This document shows positions 1 to 7,976 of a stretch of 46,854 bases of DNA, piece by piece. The notes beneath the pieces were generated by a model. That model was not told where the DNA came from and did not search any database. It saw only the letters and a list, made by a program, of their open reading frames with translations. The position numbers were made by a program, and so were the translations under genes. This DNA is from a virus (lineage: Duplodnaviria > Caudoviricetes), in the IMG/VR virus record IMGVR_UViG_3300049893_001943, positions 1-46,854 of that record; one strand, 5' to 3'. Numbering within the stretch: position 1 is the first letter of the stretch; each line of letters begins with the position of its first letter.

Positions 1-322
1 TTGAAGTGACTGCTATTTGAATTTGTTGTAACGCATCTTCAACGCTGCGAGCAACAAAATAAATTCCTTTATATTTTTTTATCATAAACTCAAAATTTTT
101 TTGTTGATCGCTTTGTTTTGCTTGTCCGGTTTTCACTTCAATTTCTACTCTTATACCACGAGTTGTTATTCCAGTAATATCAGCACACCCGACTAAACCA
201 TATTTTACCATAGCTTGATCACGAAAAGCTGCGCCCGTTGGTTGTTCCCAAAATCGCCCAAAACTAGATTGATTGAGGGCTAGAATTATTGCTTTCACCA
301 AATTGTCGTGACGCCGCGTCAA
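1..322 (-). CDS. VRR-NUC domain nuclease (putative Holliday junction resolvase), 3'-truncated by window edge
   Basis: Hand translation (absent from ORF track) from TTG at 322: ...GLVGCADITGITTRGIRVEIEVKTGQAKQSDQQKNF...YFVARSVEDAL. PD-(D/E)xK pattern typical of VRR-NUC; directly downstream of the helicase; no stop before base 1. Confidence 0.85.
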   Translation of the reverse strand, partial: MTRRHDNLVKAIILALNQSSFGRFWEQPTGAAFRDQAMVKYGLVGCADITGITTRGIRVEIEVKTGQAKQSDQQKNFEFMIKKYKGIYFVARSVEDALQQIQIAVTS

Positions 323-1730
323 TGCTGCTCTTGATATTTGTCCAATGCTTTTTTGCATGGATCTCTCCGAACTCTTGGCGGATCTGATGAAAGACCCATC
401 CGGGCTTGTAGCCCCTTTTGATCGCTGTCGTTATAAGTTTTTCTACCTTTAACAGTACGCGAGAAGAGTTGACGGCATCAAGGGTTTTTATCTCTACAAG
501 GTCTATATCTGTGCGGTGGATAATTGGGGCAGGAGGCTTGTAATTGGAAAAGCCGCACTCTGGGCAAATATTCTTTTCATTGGGTTTAAAGGAAAAGTAA
601 CAAATCTTACAAGTAATGATCCTTAAGGCTGGTTCATCAACTTTCTTTTTCTGGCTTGTTGTCCCATCAAGGTCGCATTCTTTTTCATCTTCAATAAAGC
701 CATGCCTTATTACATTTTTACCATGATCTAAAACTATAAAATTTTCTTTACCTTCTGATATTCTCGTGCCTCTTCCAAGCTGTTGAATATATAAGTTATA
801 GCTAGCTGTGGGCCTTGCCATAATAAGACAAGATAGGAATGGAATATCAACACCCGTACATAAAATTCCAACATTTGATAATATTTTTATTTTGCCGGTT
901 TTTAAATCTTCTATTGCTTGCTTTCTGATTTCGAAACCGTCATTGGCCTCTATATGCTCCGCTGGAATCCCTGCGGCTTTGAACTCTGCGACGATTTGCT
1001 TGCTGTTATTGATCGAAGTAGCGAAACAAACCGTTGGTCGATTCTCTCCCCGCTCTTTCCAGGTCTTAACTATATCCCCAACGATCTTTGCATTGGCCAT
1101 AAGCCCATCGACTTCCGAAGCAATAAAATCGCCGGTTTTCTTATCAATTTTAAGTTTTGAAAAATCAACATCTGTTGGAACACTAAAATATTTTGGTTTT
1201 ACAAGGAATCCTTGCTCGATCAATTCGCGCATCGTTATTGGATAAACCACAACATTAGCTACATGGCGAAGGCCAGTAGAAACATGAGGCGTTGCGGTTA
1301 CGGCAAGAAAATAAGTTGTCACTGGGTAGGCTTCGACTAACCACCTGAAGCTTGAAGATCCCGCAAAGTGTGCCTCATCAATCACAACTAGATCGGCATC
1401 GGGTACAATCTGGCGACTTCTTAGGGTATCGATTGAGCAAATTTGGATCATCTCATGGGGCCTCTTATTCCAGTGGCCAGCCATCAAAACCCCATGTGGG
1501 ACATTTTCCCGAAAGAGTCTTTGGCTTGCTTGGTCCACCAGGGCCTTGCCCCGAACCACCATGATTGCCCGTTTTTTCTTACTATAGCAACCCTTTAGAA
1601 CTTCAGAGAAAACCACGGTTTTACCGCCGCCCGTGGCTAAATGCAGTAAAACCTTACGCTCACCCTTTGCATAATATGCACGGATATCATCCAGCCCCTT
1701 TTGTTGGTAGGGCCTAAGTACAGTCATCAT
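264..1730 (-). CDS. Superfamily 2 DEAD/DEAH-box helicase with C-terminal Zn finger
   Basis: Q motif LRPYQ, Walker A ATGGGKT, DEAH, TAT motif III, QQLGRGTR motif VI, CKIC...CPEC. Confidence 0.95.
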   Translation of the reverse strand: MMTVLRPYQQKGLDDIRAYYAKGERKVLLHLATGGGKTVVFSEVLKGCYSKKKRAIMVVRGKALVDQASQRLFRENVPHGVLMAGHWNKRPHEMIQICSIDTLRSRQIVPDADLVVIDEAHFAGSSSFRWLVEAYPVTTYFLAVTATPHVSTGLRHVANVVVYPITMRELIEQGFLVKPKYFSVPTDVDFSKLKIDKKTGDFIASEVDGLMANAKIVGDIVKTWKERGENRPTVCFATSINNSKQIVAEFKAAGIPAEHIEANDGFEIRKQAIEDLKTGKIKILSNVGILCTGVDIPFLSCLIMARPTASYNLYIQQLGRGTRISEGKENFIVLDHGKNVIRHGFIEDEKECDLDGTTSQKKKVDEPALRIITCKICYFSFKPNEKNICPECGFSNYKPPAPIIHRTDIDLVEIKTLDAVNSSRVLLKVEKLITTAIKRGYKPGWVFHQIRQEFGEIHAKKHWTNIKSSIDAASRQFGESNNSSPQSI

Positions 1731-1875
1731 CCTTGATAAACTCCTTGGTTAGAAAACAAATGCTACCGCAAAACTCGCCATCTAAATAAACGCCAAGCTC
1801 ATTTTTACCTAAAATTTTTATGTTTGCTTCTTGGTCTAATGATTCAAGAATTTCTATTAAATCAAAGATCTTCAT
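1714..1875 (-). CDS. Hypothetical protein (53 aa)
   Basis: Hand translation MKIFDLIEILESLDQEANIK...DDDCT*; SD-like AGGGG; fills the gap between SSB and helicase. Confidence 0.6.
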   Translation of the reverse strand: MKIFDLIEILESLDQEANIKILGKNELGVYLDGEFCGSICFLTKEFIKDDDCT

Positions 1876-1883
1876 AATTGCCC

Positions 1884-1922
1884 CTATTGATCGTGATAAT
1901 AAAAATATATCACGACCAATAG
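1884..1922 (-). promoter_or_regulatory. 15-bp stem-loop downstream of the SSB gene (attenuator or processing site candidate)
   Basis: Minus strand CTATTGGTCGTGATA-N9-TATCACGATCAATAG, fully paired with one G-U; no U-tract. Confidence 0.5.
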
Positions 1923-1931
1923 AGATTTTTT

Positions 1932-2450
1932 CTAGAAGGGGATTTCTTCAAATGCTTGCGGGGTTTCGACTTGTTGCGGGGCTTGTGGCTTCGGTTCTTG
2001 TCTTGGGGCTTGCGCCCCCATTTGAGCCCTCATCATAGCTATCTCGCCATCGAGGTTAAGTCCTTGAAGTCTAACCATTGCGTCGGCTCGGCTAAGGAGT
2101 CCGGTTAGCCCAACGGGATTAATCCAAGCTATTTTGTAATAAGTTTTGCCTTGGTAAACTTCGGCTTTGACTTCAATGCTATATTCCTTCTCGGCATTGA
2201 GGCAGCCACCGGCTGGCCCTAGAGCTAGGTCTGTAACCGATCTTTGCAAACCGCAAACGAGAAGGGCCTTAAGCGTATGCTTCTTAGCGTCGCCGCTGAA
2301 ACTGCCATACCAATTGCATCGATGGATATCATTTTCACTGTCTTTAAATTCCATCTCGATCACTGCTGTAACCGTGAATTGCTTACCTTCACGCAAACCA
2401 TAATTCATGATTTTGCCGATATAATGTCCTGGGTGCAGATCCTTAGCCAT
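1932..2450 (-). CDS. Putative single-stranded DNA-binding protein
   Basis: OB-fold-like beta pattern (HPGHYIGKI...EVKAEVYQGKTYYKIAWIN), Pro/Gln linker, acidic tail EEIPF; lies downstream of the Sak4-like ATPase. ATG at 2450 preferred over ORF-track start. Confidence 0.75.
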   Translation of the reverse strand: MAKDLHPGHYIGKIMNYGLREGKQFTVTAVIEMEFKDSENDIHRCNWYGSFSGDAKKHTLKALLVCGLQRSVTDLALGPAGGCLNAEKEYSIEVKAEVYQGKTYYKIAWINPVGLTGLLSRADAMVRLQGLNLDGEIAMMRAQMGAQAPRQEPKPQAPQQVETPQAFEEIPF

Positions 2451-2652
2451 TCTTGATTTTCTCCGAGTTAATTTGGTTCCATGCAAATAGAGCTACCATC
2501 TTATTGACTACCCAATTGCGAAAAGCCTGTTGCGGATCCTCGCCAAGGGCCTTACATCTCAATTCGCCTCGCCGCCATTCTTCGGTGATTTTCCGCTCCC
2601 ATTCCATAAAAATTTGAGCATGACGGTCTGTTATTTCATTGTTGAATTCCAA
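2443..2652 (-). CDS. Hypothetical protein
   Basis: 69-aa ORF tiling between ATPase and SSB with short overlaps. Confidence 0.55.
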   Translation of the reverse strand: MEFNNEITDRHAQIFMEWERKITEEWRRGELRCKALGEDPQQAFRNWVVNKMVALFAWNQINSEKIKNG

Positions 2653-3541
2653 CTTGTAACCTCGCTTTTAATTTATCTTCGATTTGTAATAATTGTGGGA
2701 GATATCCCTTTGCTTTTTCAACCGTGTTCCTAACGAGAGTTTTAAAAGCTTCGTCGAACTCTTGAGCCTTAAGTAAATCTTCAATCCGGTTCTGGCAACA
2801 TTCGGCGTTATCGCTCGTCTTCCCATCAATATAGGCTTGCCAGCTAAGATCAATTACAGGAGGCAATCCTAGGCGGTTTTTAGCGTCAAAACCTGGCCGC
2901 CCTTCGGTCCATAATTTCCGTACGCCCGTGCTAAAAGCCCTTGTATTCTCTCCGTCTTTTGTCGCATGAACTTCAAAGTTAGCAAACAAAACCGCGTCCA
3001 CCCATTCCCGAAACCGTGGAGCTGCTCGCTTGTTAAGCTTGAGCTGAAACTTGTCATATTCAACTTGGTTAATAGCGTCATTGTGTTTAGCGGTTTCACT
3101 GTGCCCAATTAAAATAATATTCATACCTTTAATGTTTCTTAACTCACTTAACCGTCTAATAAGATCGTCCCACCGCACCACGGCTTCAACATATCCTTTC
3201 CCAAAACCCCCACAAGCCAACTCTATGGAACTTGTCTTGTATTCTCTACAAATCTCCCGCCAAAGCAACGACTCCAACCAGTCCAAACTATCTATGACTA
3301 ATGATTTATAAGGGTGTTCCTTTTCTAATAATTCTTTAATGCCTTGAATGATATGGCCCCACGATTCAATCAACGGCATCCTTGCTACATCAAGGTTTGC
3401 TGTGCCTTCCTCCACCTCTGCAAATATTGGTGATGGAGCATTAGCGGCAAATGTACTTTTCCCAACTCCATCCGGCCCATAAATCAAAACCAATTCCGGT
3501 TTTTTTATTTTTCCGGTAGTGACTCTATCCAACATCCCCAT
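2636..3541 (-). CDS. AAA_24-family ATPase, Sak4-like single-strand annealing recombinase
   Basis: LIYGPDGVGKST Walker A, LVIDSLDWLE Walker B, ILIGH, EWVDAVLFA, AKNR motif. Confidence 0.9.
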   Translation of the reverse strand: MGMLDRVTTGKIKKPELVLIYGPDGVGKSTFAANAPSPIFAEVEEGTANLDVARMPLIESWGHIIQGIKELLEKEHPYKSLVIDSLDWLESLLWREICREYKTSSIELACGGFGKGYVEAVVRWDDLIRRLSELRNIKGMNIILIGHSETAKHNDAINQVEYDKFQLKLNKRAAPRFREWVDAVLFANFEVHATKDGENTRAFSTGVRKLWTEGRPGFDAKNRLGLPPVIDLSWQAYIDGKTSDNAECCQNRIEDLLKAQEFDEAFKTLVRNTVEKAKGYLPQLLQIEDKLKARLQVGIQQ

Positions 3542-3544
3542 TGA

Positions 3545-3724
3545 TTAACCTTTCTTATTCTTCTCAAGTAGTTCCCTGACTCTTGCTTCTTGGTGCGGTG
3601 GGATTCGCCCCCTTTTTATCCATTGGTGTATAGTATTAGTAGATCTATACCCTAATAGCGTCGATAGCTTTGCTGGATTATTATTTTTCACCCAGTCTTC
3701 CAAAACCTCTAAAGTGGTTTTCAT
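3545..3724 (-). CDS. Cro-like HTH transcriptional regulator
   Basis: PAKLSTLLGYRSTNTIHQWIKRGRIP resembles a Cro/YdaS HTH; first gene of the replication operon. Confidence 0.75.
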   Translation of the reverse strand: MKTTLEVLEDWVKNNNPAKLSTLLGYRSTNTIHQWIKRGRIPPHQEARVRELLEKNKKG

Positions 3725-3763
3725 GATTTTCTCTTTCGGTAACAAAAAATGGTCGATACATTT

Positions 3764-3792
3764 GTTTTAAAAGTGTTAGCTTGCTGTGTCAA
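3764..3792 (-). promoter_or_regulatory. sigma70-like promoter for the cro-like/replication operon
   Basis: Minus strand TTGACA-17 nt-TAAAAC, 40 nt upstream of ATG 3724. Confidence 0.6.
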
Positions 3793-3813
3793 TGTCTTTA
3801 TCACAAAAAAATT

Positions 3814-4041
3814 ATGGCGGTGTCCATGATCAAATCCATAATAGATTTTTTTCGAAAACCGAAACTCATCCTAAGGATTCGCAAGTGCCCCTTTTGCGCT
3901 AGCGATCAACTCCTATTGAGGGCCTTTGAAGACTCTGGATTATTTTACGTCCATTGCTCGCGTTGCGGGTCAAAGGGTCCATTGGGCAATGGAGAAATCG
4001 AGAGTATTAAACGATGGAATAAGGTAGCAAAAAATGGATAA
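3814..4041 (+). CDS. Lar-family restriction alleviation protein (Zn ribbon)
   Basis: CPFC...VHCSRCGSKGP...ESIKRWN pattern; start at 3814 or 3826. Confidence 0.75.
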   Translation: MAVSMIKSIIDFFRKPKLILRIRKCPFCASDQLLLRAFEDSGLFYVHCSRCGSKGPLGNGEIESIKRWNKVAKNG

Positions 4042-4630
4042 AACAGCTTGGATGCAATGGAGATCAAAGGGCATTGGGGCTAGCGATACCCCAATCATAT
4101 TAGGGGTTAGCCCGTGGAAGACTCGCAAGGAATTATGGGAGGAAAAAACGGGGCTAGTGAAAAAAGAGTATAAGAGCAATTGGGCCATAGATAGGGGCAA
4201 CCGTCTTGAGCCCCTGGCTAGGACCCACTACGAGCTGATGGTTGGATTTGATAGCCCGCCTTGCTTTGTTCAACATTACAAATATTCGTTTATAAGAGCC
4301 TCGCTTGATGGCTACAATAAATCAAACAATATTATTTTAGAAATCAAGTGCCCTGGAAAAAAGGATCATACCAATGCTTTAAATGGTCTTGTTCCTATGA
4401 AGTATTATCCCCAAATTCAGCACCAACTTTTTGTAACCGGATCGAAAAAATGCCACTATTTTTCTTTTGACGGGCACAACGGATGCATCGTTGAGGTTGA
4501 AGCCGATACAGCCTATATGACCTCGATGCTAGTTTACCTCATAGATTTTTGGGATTGCGTCCTGACAAAAAAAGAACCATCTCAAAAAATTGAGATGGTA
4601 CAGCCAAGGACATCAATCGTCGGATTCTGA
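4034..4630 (+). CDS. YqaJ / lambda-exonuclease family recombination nuclease
   Basis: WMQWRSKGIGASD, RGNRLEP, ASLDG, LEIKCP, YYPQIQHQL. Confidence 0.93.
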   Translation: MDKTAWMQWRSKGIGASDTPIILGVSPWKTRKELWEEKTGLVKKEYKSNWAIDRGNRLEPLARTHYELMVGFDSPPCFVQHYKYSFIRASLDGYNKSNNIILEIKCPGKKDHTNALNGLVPMKYYPQIQHQLFVTGSKKCHYFSFDGHNGCIVEVEADTAYMTSMLVYLIDFWDCVLTKKEPSQKIEMVQPRTSIVGF

Positions 4631-4729
4631 ATCAGCCATCATTATCAATACAATAAAAGTTATCACAATCAAATTGAATTCTAAAATTTTCAGAAAAATT
4701 AAGGATAAATTTTCTACAAAATTGGCCAA
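4613..4729 (-). CDS. Possible small membrane peptide (38 aa)
   Basis: Hand translation from TTG: MANFVENLSLIFLKILEFNLIVITFIVLIMMADSESDD*; hydrophobic; no clear SD. Confidence 0.3.
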   Translation of the reverse strand: MANFVENLSLIFLKILEFNLIVITFIVLIMMADSESDD

Positions 4730-4740
4730 ATCTTAAGCCT

Positions 4741-5199
4741 TTATTTTCTGAAAATAACGACCCAATAATTATCTTGCATGTAACCGCCAATATATCGTTG
4801 CTTAGGATCATAAATAATTTGGGCATGAGAGAGATCATTTGTCCAATCTTCGACCACAGACTTTGCATCAGTATGTCCGCAAGCGATTACTTCCCCGCTT
4901 GCCACACCGCCGCACCGCTTCGCCCTTTGCCAAAATTGGGATCTATCGCTGCCTGTATGAGTACAAAGCTTGATTTTCGCTACATCAATTGCATGGATCC
5001 GTGCAGCACACATAAGGGCAGGATCATTAGACAGCGCAAAGAGACCCCGCTTGGATCTCTCATAGTTGATGATTCCCAAAACCTCGGCGGCCCCGCCTAA
5101 CTCATCTCCAGTACCTGGGCATGGTTCCGCTGGAATGTGTTGAGACTTCGCATGACAAGAAACAAGAGCCAGAAAAAAAATAAAGATTGCTTTCATCAC
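4741..5199 (-). CDS. CAP/SCP-domain protein with probable lipoprotein signal peptide
   Basis: INYERSKRGL..L..DPAL..AARIHA, HTGSD, GEVIACG, VVEDW...SH, YWVVIF; N-terminus MMKAIFIFFLALVSC. Confidence 0.88.
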   Translation of the reverse strand: MMKAIFIFFLALVSCHAKSQHIPAEPCPGTGDELGGAAEVLGIINYERSKRGLFALSNDPALMCAARIHAIDVAKIKLCTHTGSDRSQFWQRAKRCGGVASGEVIACGHTDAKSVVEDWTNDLSHAQIIYDPKQRYIGGYMQDNYWVVIFRK

Positions 5200-5200
5200 A

Positions 5201-5743
5201 TTACCTCATTGCTATTAAATTGGCCTGAGAATACCTGACAACTCTAGCAATATGCTTGCTAACGTGTCCATTTCCCCACTTGCCATTGGCAAAGTCTTCT
5301 CCGGTTCTAATGTATTTCATCGCCCCACCCTCTCCTTGTCTGTGGTATAGGGCCAGGAGTTCAATATCTGACCATCCTTTGACCTTGCCCCTTATGCCAA
5401 AAATCCATGGGGCTACCTTCAGATTGTAGTAAACGTCAAACATTTCATCCTGAAACCGTGCCATTTTGTCTTTCACGGCTTTGGCAGCCTTGCAGGAAGG
5501 AACCACGCTGGCCCAAGTCCGGCCATAATTCGCTTGGAAAAAACGGTTCCACATTTTCATAAATTGATACTTCCCACTAGCACTAGTAGTGGGATTTTTA
5601 GCACAAGGGTTTTCTGCGCTTTCGACTTTAGCAATAGCTTGCCTTGCCGCCAAGTATTCAGGGCTTTTATCTGCAAACCTAGGAAGACCTATGGCTATTT
5701 CACTAAATAAAAAAAAGCCGAGAACGGCGATAAACTTAAGCAT
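5201..5743 (-). CDS. Lysozyme-fold muramidase/lytic transglycosylase with N-terminal signal peptide
   Basis: AIAKVES...AKNPTTSASGKYQF catalytic Glu motif; hydrophobic leader MLKFIAVLGFFLFSEIAIG. Confidence 0.8.
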   Translation of the reverse strand: MLKFIAVLGFFLFSEIAIGLPRFADKSPEYLAARQAIAKVESAENPCAKNPTTSASGKYQFMKMWNRFFQANYGRTWASVVPSCKAAKAVKDKMARFQDEMFDVYYNLKVAPWIFGIRGKVKGWSDIELLALYHRQGEGGAMKYIRTGEDFANGKWGNGHVSKHIARVVRYSQANLIAMR

Positions 5744-5746
5744 GTA

Positions 5747-5896
5747 TCACCTTTCTACAAAAACATATACAAAGGTTCTTTTGCGCCAATAAACCATCGT
5801 TGAGCTATAGTGTACCACGATTATTTTATTGGTGATAGGATGCTTGGTTTTAAGGCCCTTTTGCCTTGCCTTTTTAATTGTAGAAACCTTAAGCAT
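5747..5896 (-). CDS. Small basic hypothetical protein
   Basis: Fills the gap between amidase and muramidase; start uncertain. Confidence 0.4.
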   Translation of the reverse strand: MLKVSTIKKARQKGLKTKHPITNKIIVVHYSSTMVYWRKRTFVYVFVER

Positions 5897-5936
5897 ATAC
5901 TCACACATTGCGGATCTAAATAAGATCCTCACCGGC

Positions 5937-6548
5937 CTACGATATGCTTTGTTTCTCCGACAATTCAAGAATCTTCCTCACTTCAACCATTGATCTTTTT
6001 AAGACTCCTCCGGGGTCATCCTTACGCCCTTTGGGTATAGCGCACTCGTCATGCCCGCAAATATTTTTTACATTAATACCATGAAAAACGAACCAGCTTA
6101 ACAATTTCATAAGGCTTGCTTCTTGCGGTTCCGTTGCTGCATCCCACAACTCGATTTTATCGCTTATGTTTCCTTTTCTTTTAACGGTTTCTTTGAGCGG
6201 AATAGCTGTTCCAGTCCACGCTTTGCCCGATGCATCCAATCGACCCCAACTAGCCAAAGCCACAGCAATAAAATGTTGATTAGGCGATAAACCATTCCAG
6301 GTTGCGGACCCAGCATGATTGACCCTTAGATTAAAATAAGTTAGCTGCGATATGGCTCCGGTTCTATCTATTATAACATGGTACCCTAATGTCTTTCCAT
6401 CCAGCAAAGAGCGATAGGCTCGCTTCACATCTCGATCCGCTAAGTAATGCACACACACACCAAGGGGTGATAATGGACCTTTACCCATAGCCGTTGGAGT
6501 CAAAAATTCTGAGATATAAGGGTAAAGCTCAGGGAATTTCGTTTTCAT
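5937..6548 (-). CDS. N-acetylmuramoyl-L-alanine amidase endolysin (Amidase_2 / AmpD-like)
   Basis: VCVHY, GYHVIIDRTG, HAG, GHDECAIPKGRKDDPG Zn-ligand pattern; SD GGAG before ATG 6548. Confidence 0.9.
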   Translation of the reverse strand: MKTKFPELYPYISEFLTPTAMGKGPLSPLGVCVHYLADRDVKRAYRSLLDGKTLGYHVIIDRTGAISQLTYFNLRVNHAGSATWNGLSPNQHFIAVALASWGRLDASGKAWTGTAIPLKETVKRKGNISDKIELWDAATEPQEASLMKLLSWFVFHGINVKNICGHDECAIPKGRKDDPGGVLKRSMVEVRKILELSEKQSIS

Positions 6549-6699
6549 TTTCAAACTCCAAATTGTGTATCCTTAGCTCATGATCTTCAATCATTTTAGC
6601 TAATTCTTTGTTTAATTTAACGAGGTCTTGCAAAAAGATTATGACAAGCAAAAGTATGATTGCCATAACCATCTGCAAGATTTCATCAAGTAGGATCAA
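6529..6699 (-). CDS. Putative holin (single TM plus coiled coil)
   Basis: Hand translation MILLDEILQMVMAIILLLVIIFLQDLVKLNKELAKMIEDHELRIHNLEFENENEIP*; immediately upstream of and overlapping the amidase; alternative ATG at 6672. Confidence 0.55.
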   Translation of the reverse strand: MILLDEILQMVMAIILLLVIIFLQDLVKLNKELAKMIEDHELRIHNLEFENENEIP

Positions 6700-7723
6700 G
6701 TTGGTCGGAATCCTCGCTCCGTTGTCTAAAGTAAGCTCTTATTTGATCCCTTAATTTTAAGCTACGCTCATCCCCATGGTCAATTAATTGCCAGAGTCCT
6801 TGACTATCTCTCTTGACATCGTGATAAGGATCAAATTGATTATTTTCGAGGATGCGCCACCTATCCCAATATTGACGAGCGCCTTTTCTACCATGCCAAG
6901 AATGTATAATCATTCCAGGTACATATCCTATATTTTTACGGATATGTTTAAGGGCTAAAGTCTCCCATGCCAACACGGCTTTTTTATATCCATCTGTAAC
7001 TTTCGGTGGCAATGATTCATGGCCTCGCCCCAAAAGCGAAAGAGCCATGTGATGGTCACCAGCCCCAAGAATACCGAGGTCATATAAGCCGACTTTCTCA
7101 ATTGCAGAACGCCGCCAAGCCCAAGCAAAGCCAGGGTGCCAATAAACCTTTTTATCTGTGATTCCATAGCAATTTTTTCTGCTAAATCTTTTTGGGTTCA
7201 ACTTACCGTCATGATCCAATAAAGGAGGTATGTTTACGTTATTTATGGAATTTTGATAGCAAAAAGCAAAACCGTAATTGGTTCCAACTACGTTCAAATG
7301 TGGTTCAGGTCCCATATCTGTTGCCATCGAGAACATTTGGACGACATCGTAATGTTGAAGTTGCTGGACGGTTTCTTGCGCCCAATCTGCCCGACAAAAT
7401 GCAATATCCGCGTCAACAATTGCAACATACTTCCAGTCTGATGGTAATCTATTAATAGCCGCATTTATCATGTTCTCCTTGTGCCAAAGTTCATGCCTCG
7501 TTCGCATTTGTATATGATTAGGATTATTTGATTCTGTGATTTCAAAGGGCCGCTCACCAAAGGCAACTTCGATCGTCATAAGATTTACGTTGAAACTTTT
7601 GATATGGGCTTCAAACTTACGGTAAAGGTTATACCGCGATTTAAACCGTACAACATTGGAAATGCCTGTAACTACCCAAAAATTATCTAAGGGCATCGGT
7701 GTCAAATCAGACTTAAAAATCAT
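6686..7723 (-). CDS. GT-A fold glycosyltransferase-like protein
   Basis: WHKENMINAAI helix, VAIVDAD DxD motif, GAGD acceptor-site motif, late HSWHG motif. Confidence 0.75.
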   Translation of the reverse strand: MIFKSDLTPMPLDNFWVVTGISNVVRFKSRYNLYRKFEAHIKSFNVNLMTIEVAFGERPFEITESNNPNHIQMRTRHELWHKENMINAAINRLPSDWKYVAIVDADIAFCRADWAQETVQQLQHYDVVQMFSMATDMGPEPHLNVVGTNYGFAFCYQNSINNVNIPPLLDHDGKLNPKRFSRKNCYGITDKKVYWHPGFAWAWRRSAIEKVGLYDLGILGAGDHHMALSLLGRGHESLPPKVTDGYKKAVLAWETLALKHIRKNIGYVPGMIIHSWHGRKGARQYWDRWRILENNQFDPYHDVKRDSQGLWQLIDHGDERSLKLRDQIRAYFRQRSEDSDQLDPT

Positions 7724-7766
7724 TTTTTGTTACCTCTGCATTATAATACAATAAAGGAGCTTCAAC

Positions 7767-7976
7767 ATGGAATGGGTGGGATGGCTATCAACGGCCTTAT
7801 TTTTAGGATCTTTTTGTTTAAAGGATCGTGCCCAACTTCATTTGGTTGGTTTCATCGCTTGTATTTTTAAAATGATCTATAGCTATCATCATGCAGTATG
7901 GCCCTTGTTTGTCAATTGGGTAATTTTGCTTGTGGTTGACCTGATCCAATGGGTGAGGTATCGCAATGCTTCTTAA
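7767..7976 (+). CDS. Small 3-TM membrane protein (YgjV / PQ-loop-like)
   Basis: Strong SD AAGGAG; MEWVGWLSTALFLGSF...WPLFVNWVILL triple-helix pattern. Confidence 0.65.
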   Translation: MEWVGWLSTALFLGSFCLKDRAQLHLVGFIACIFKMIYSYHHAVWPLFVNWVILLVVDLIQWVRYRNAS

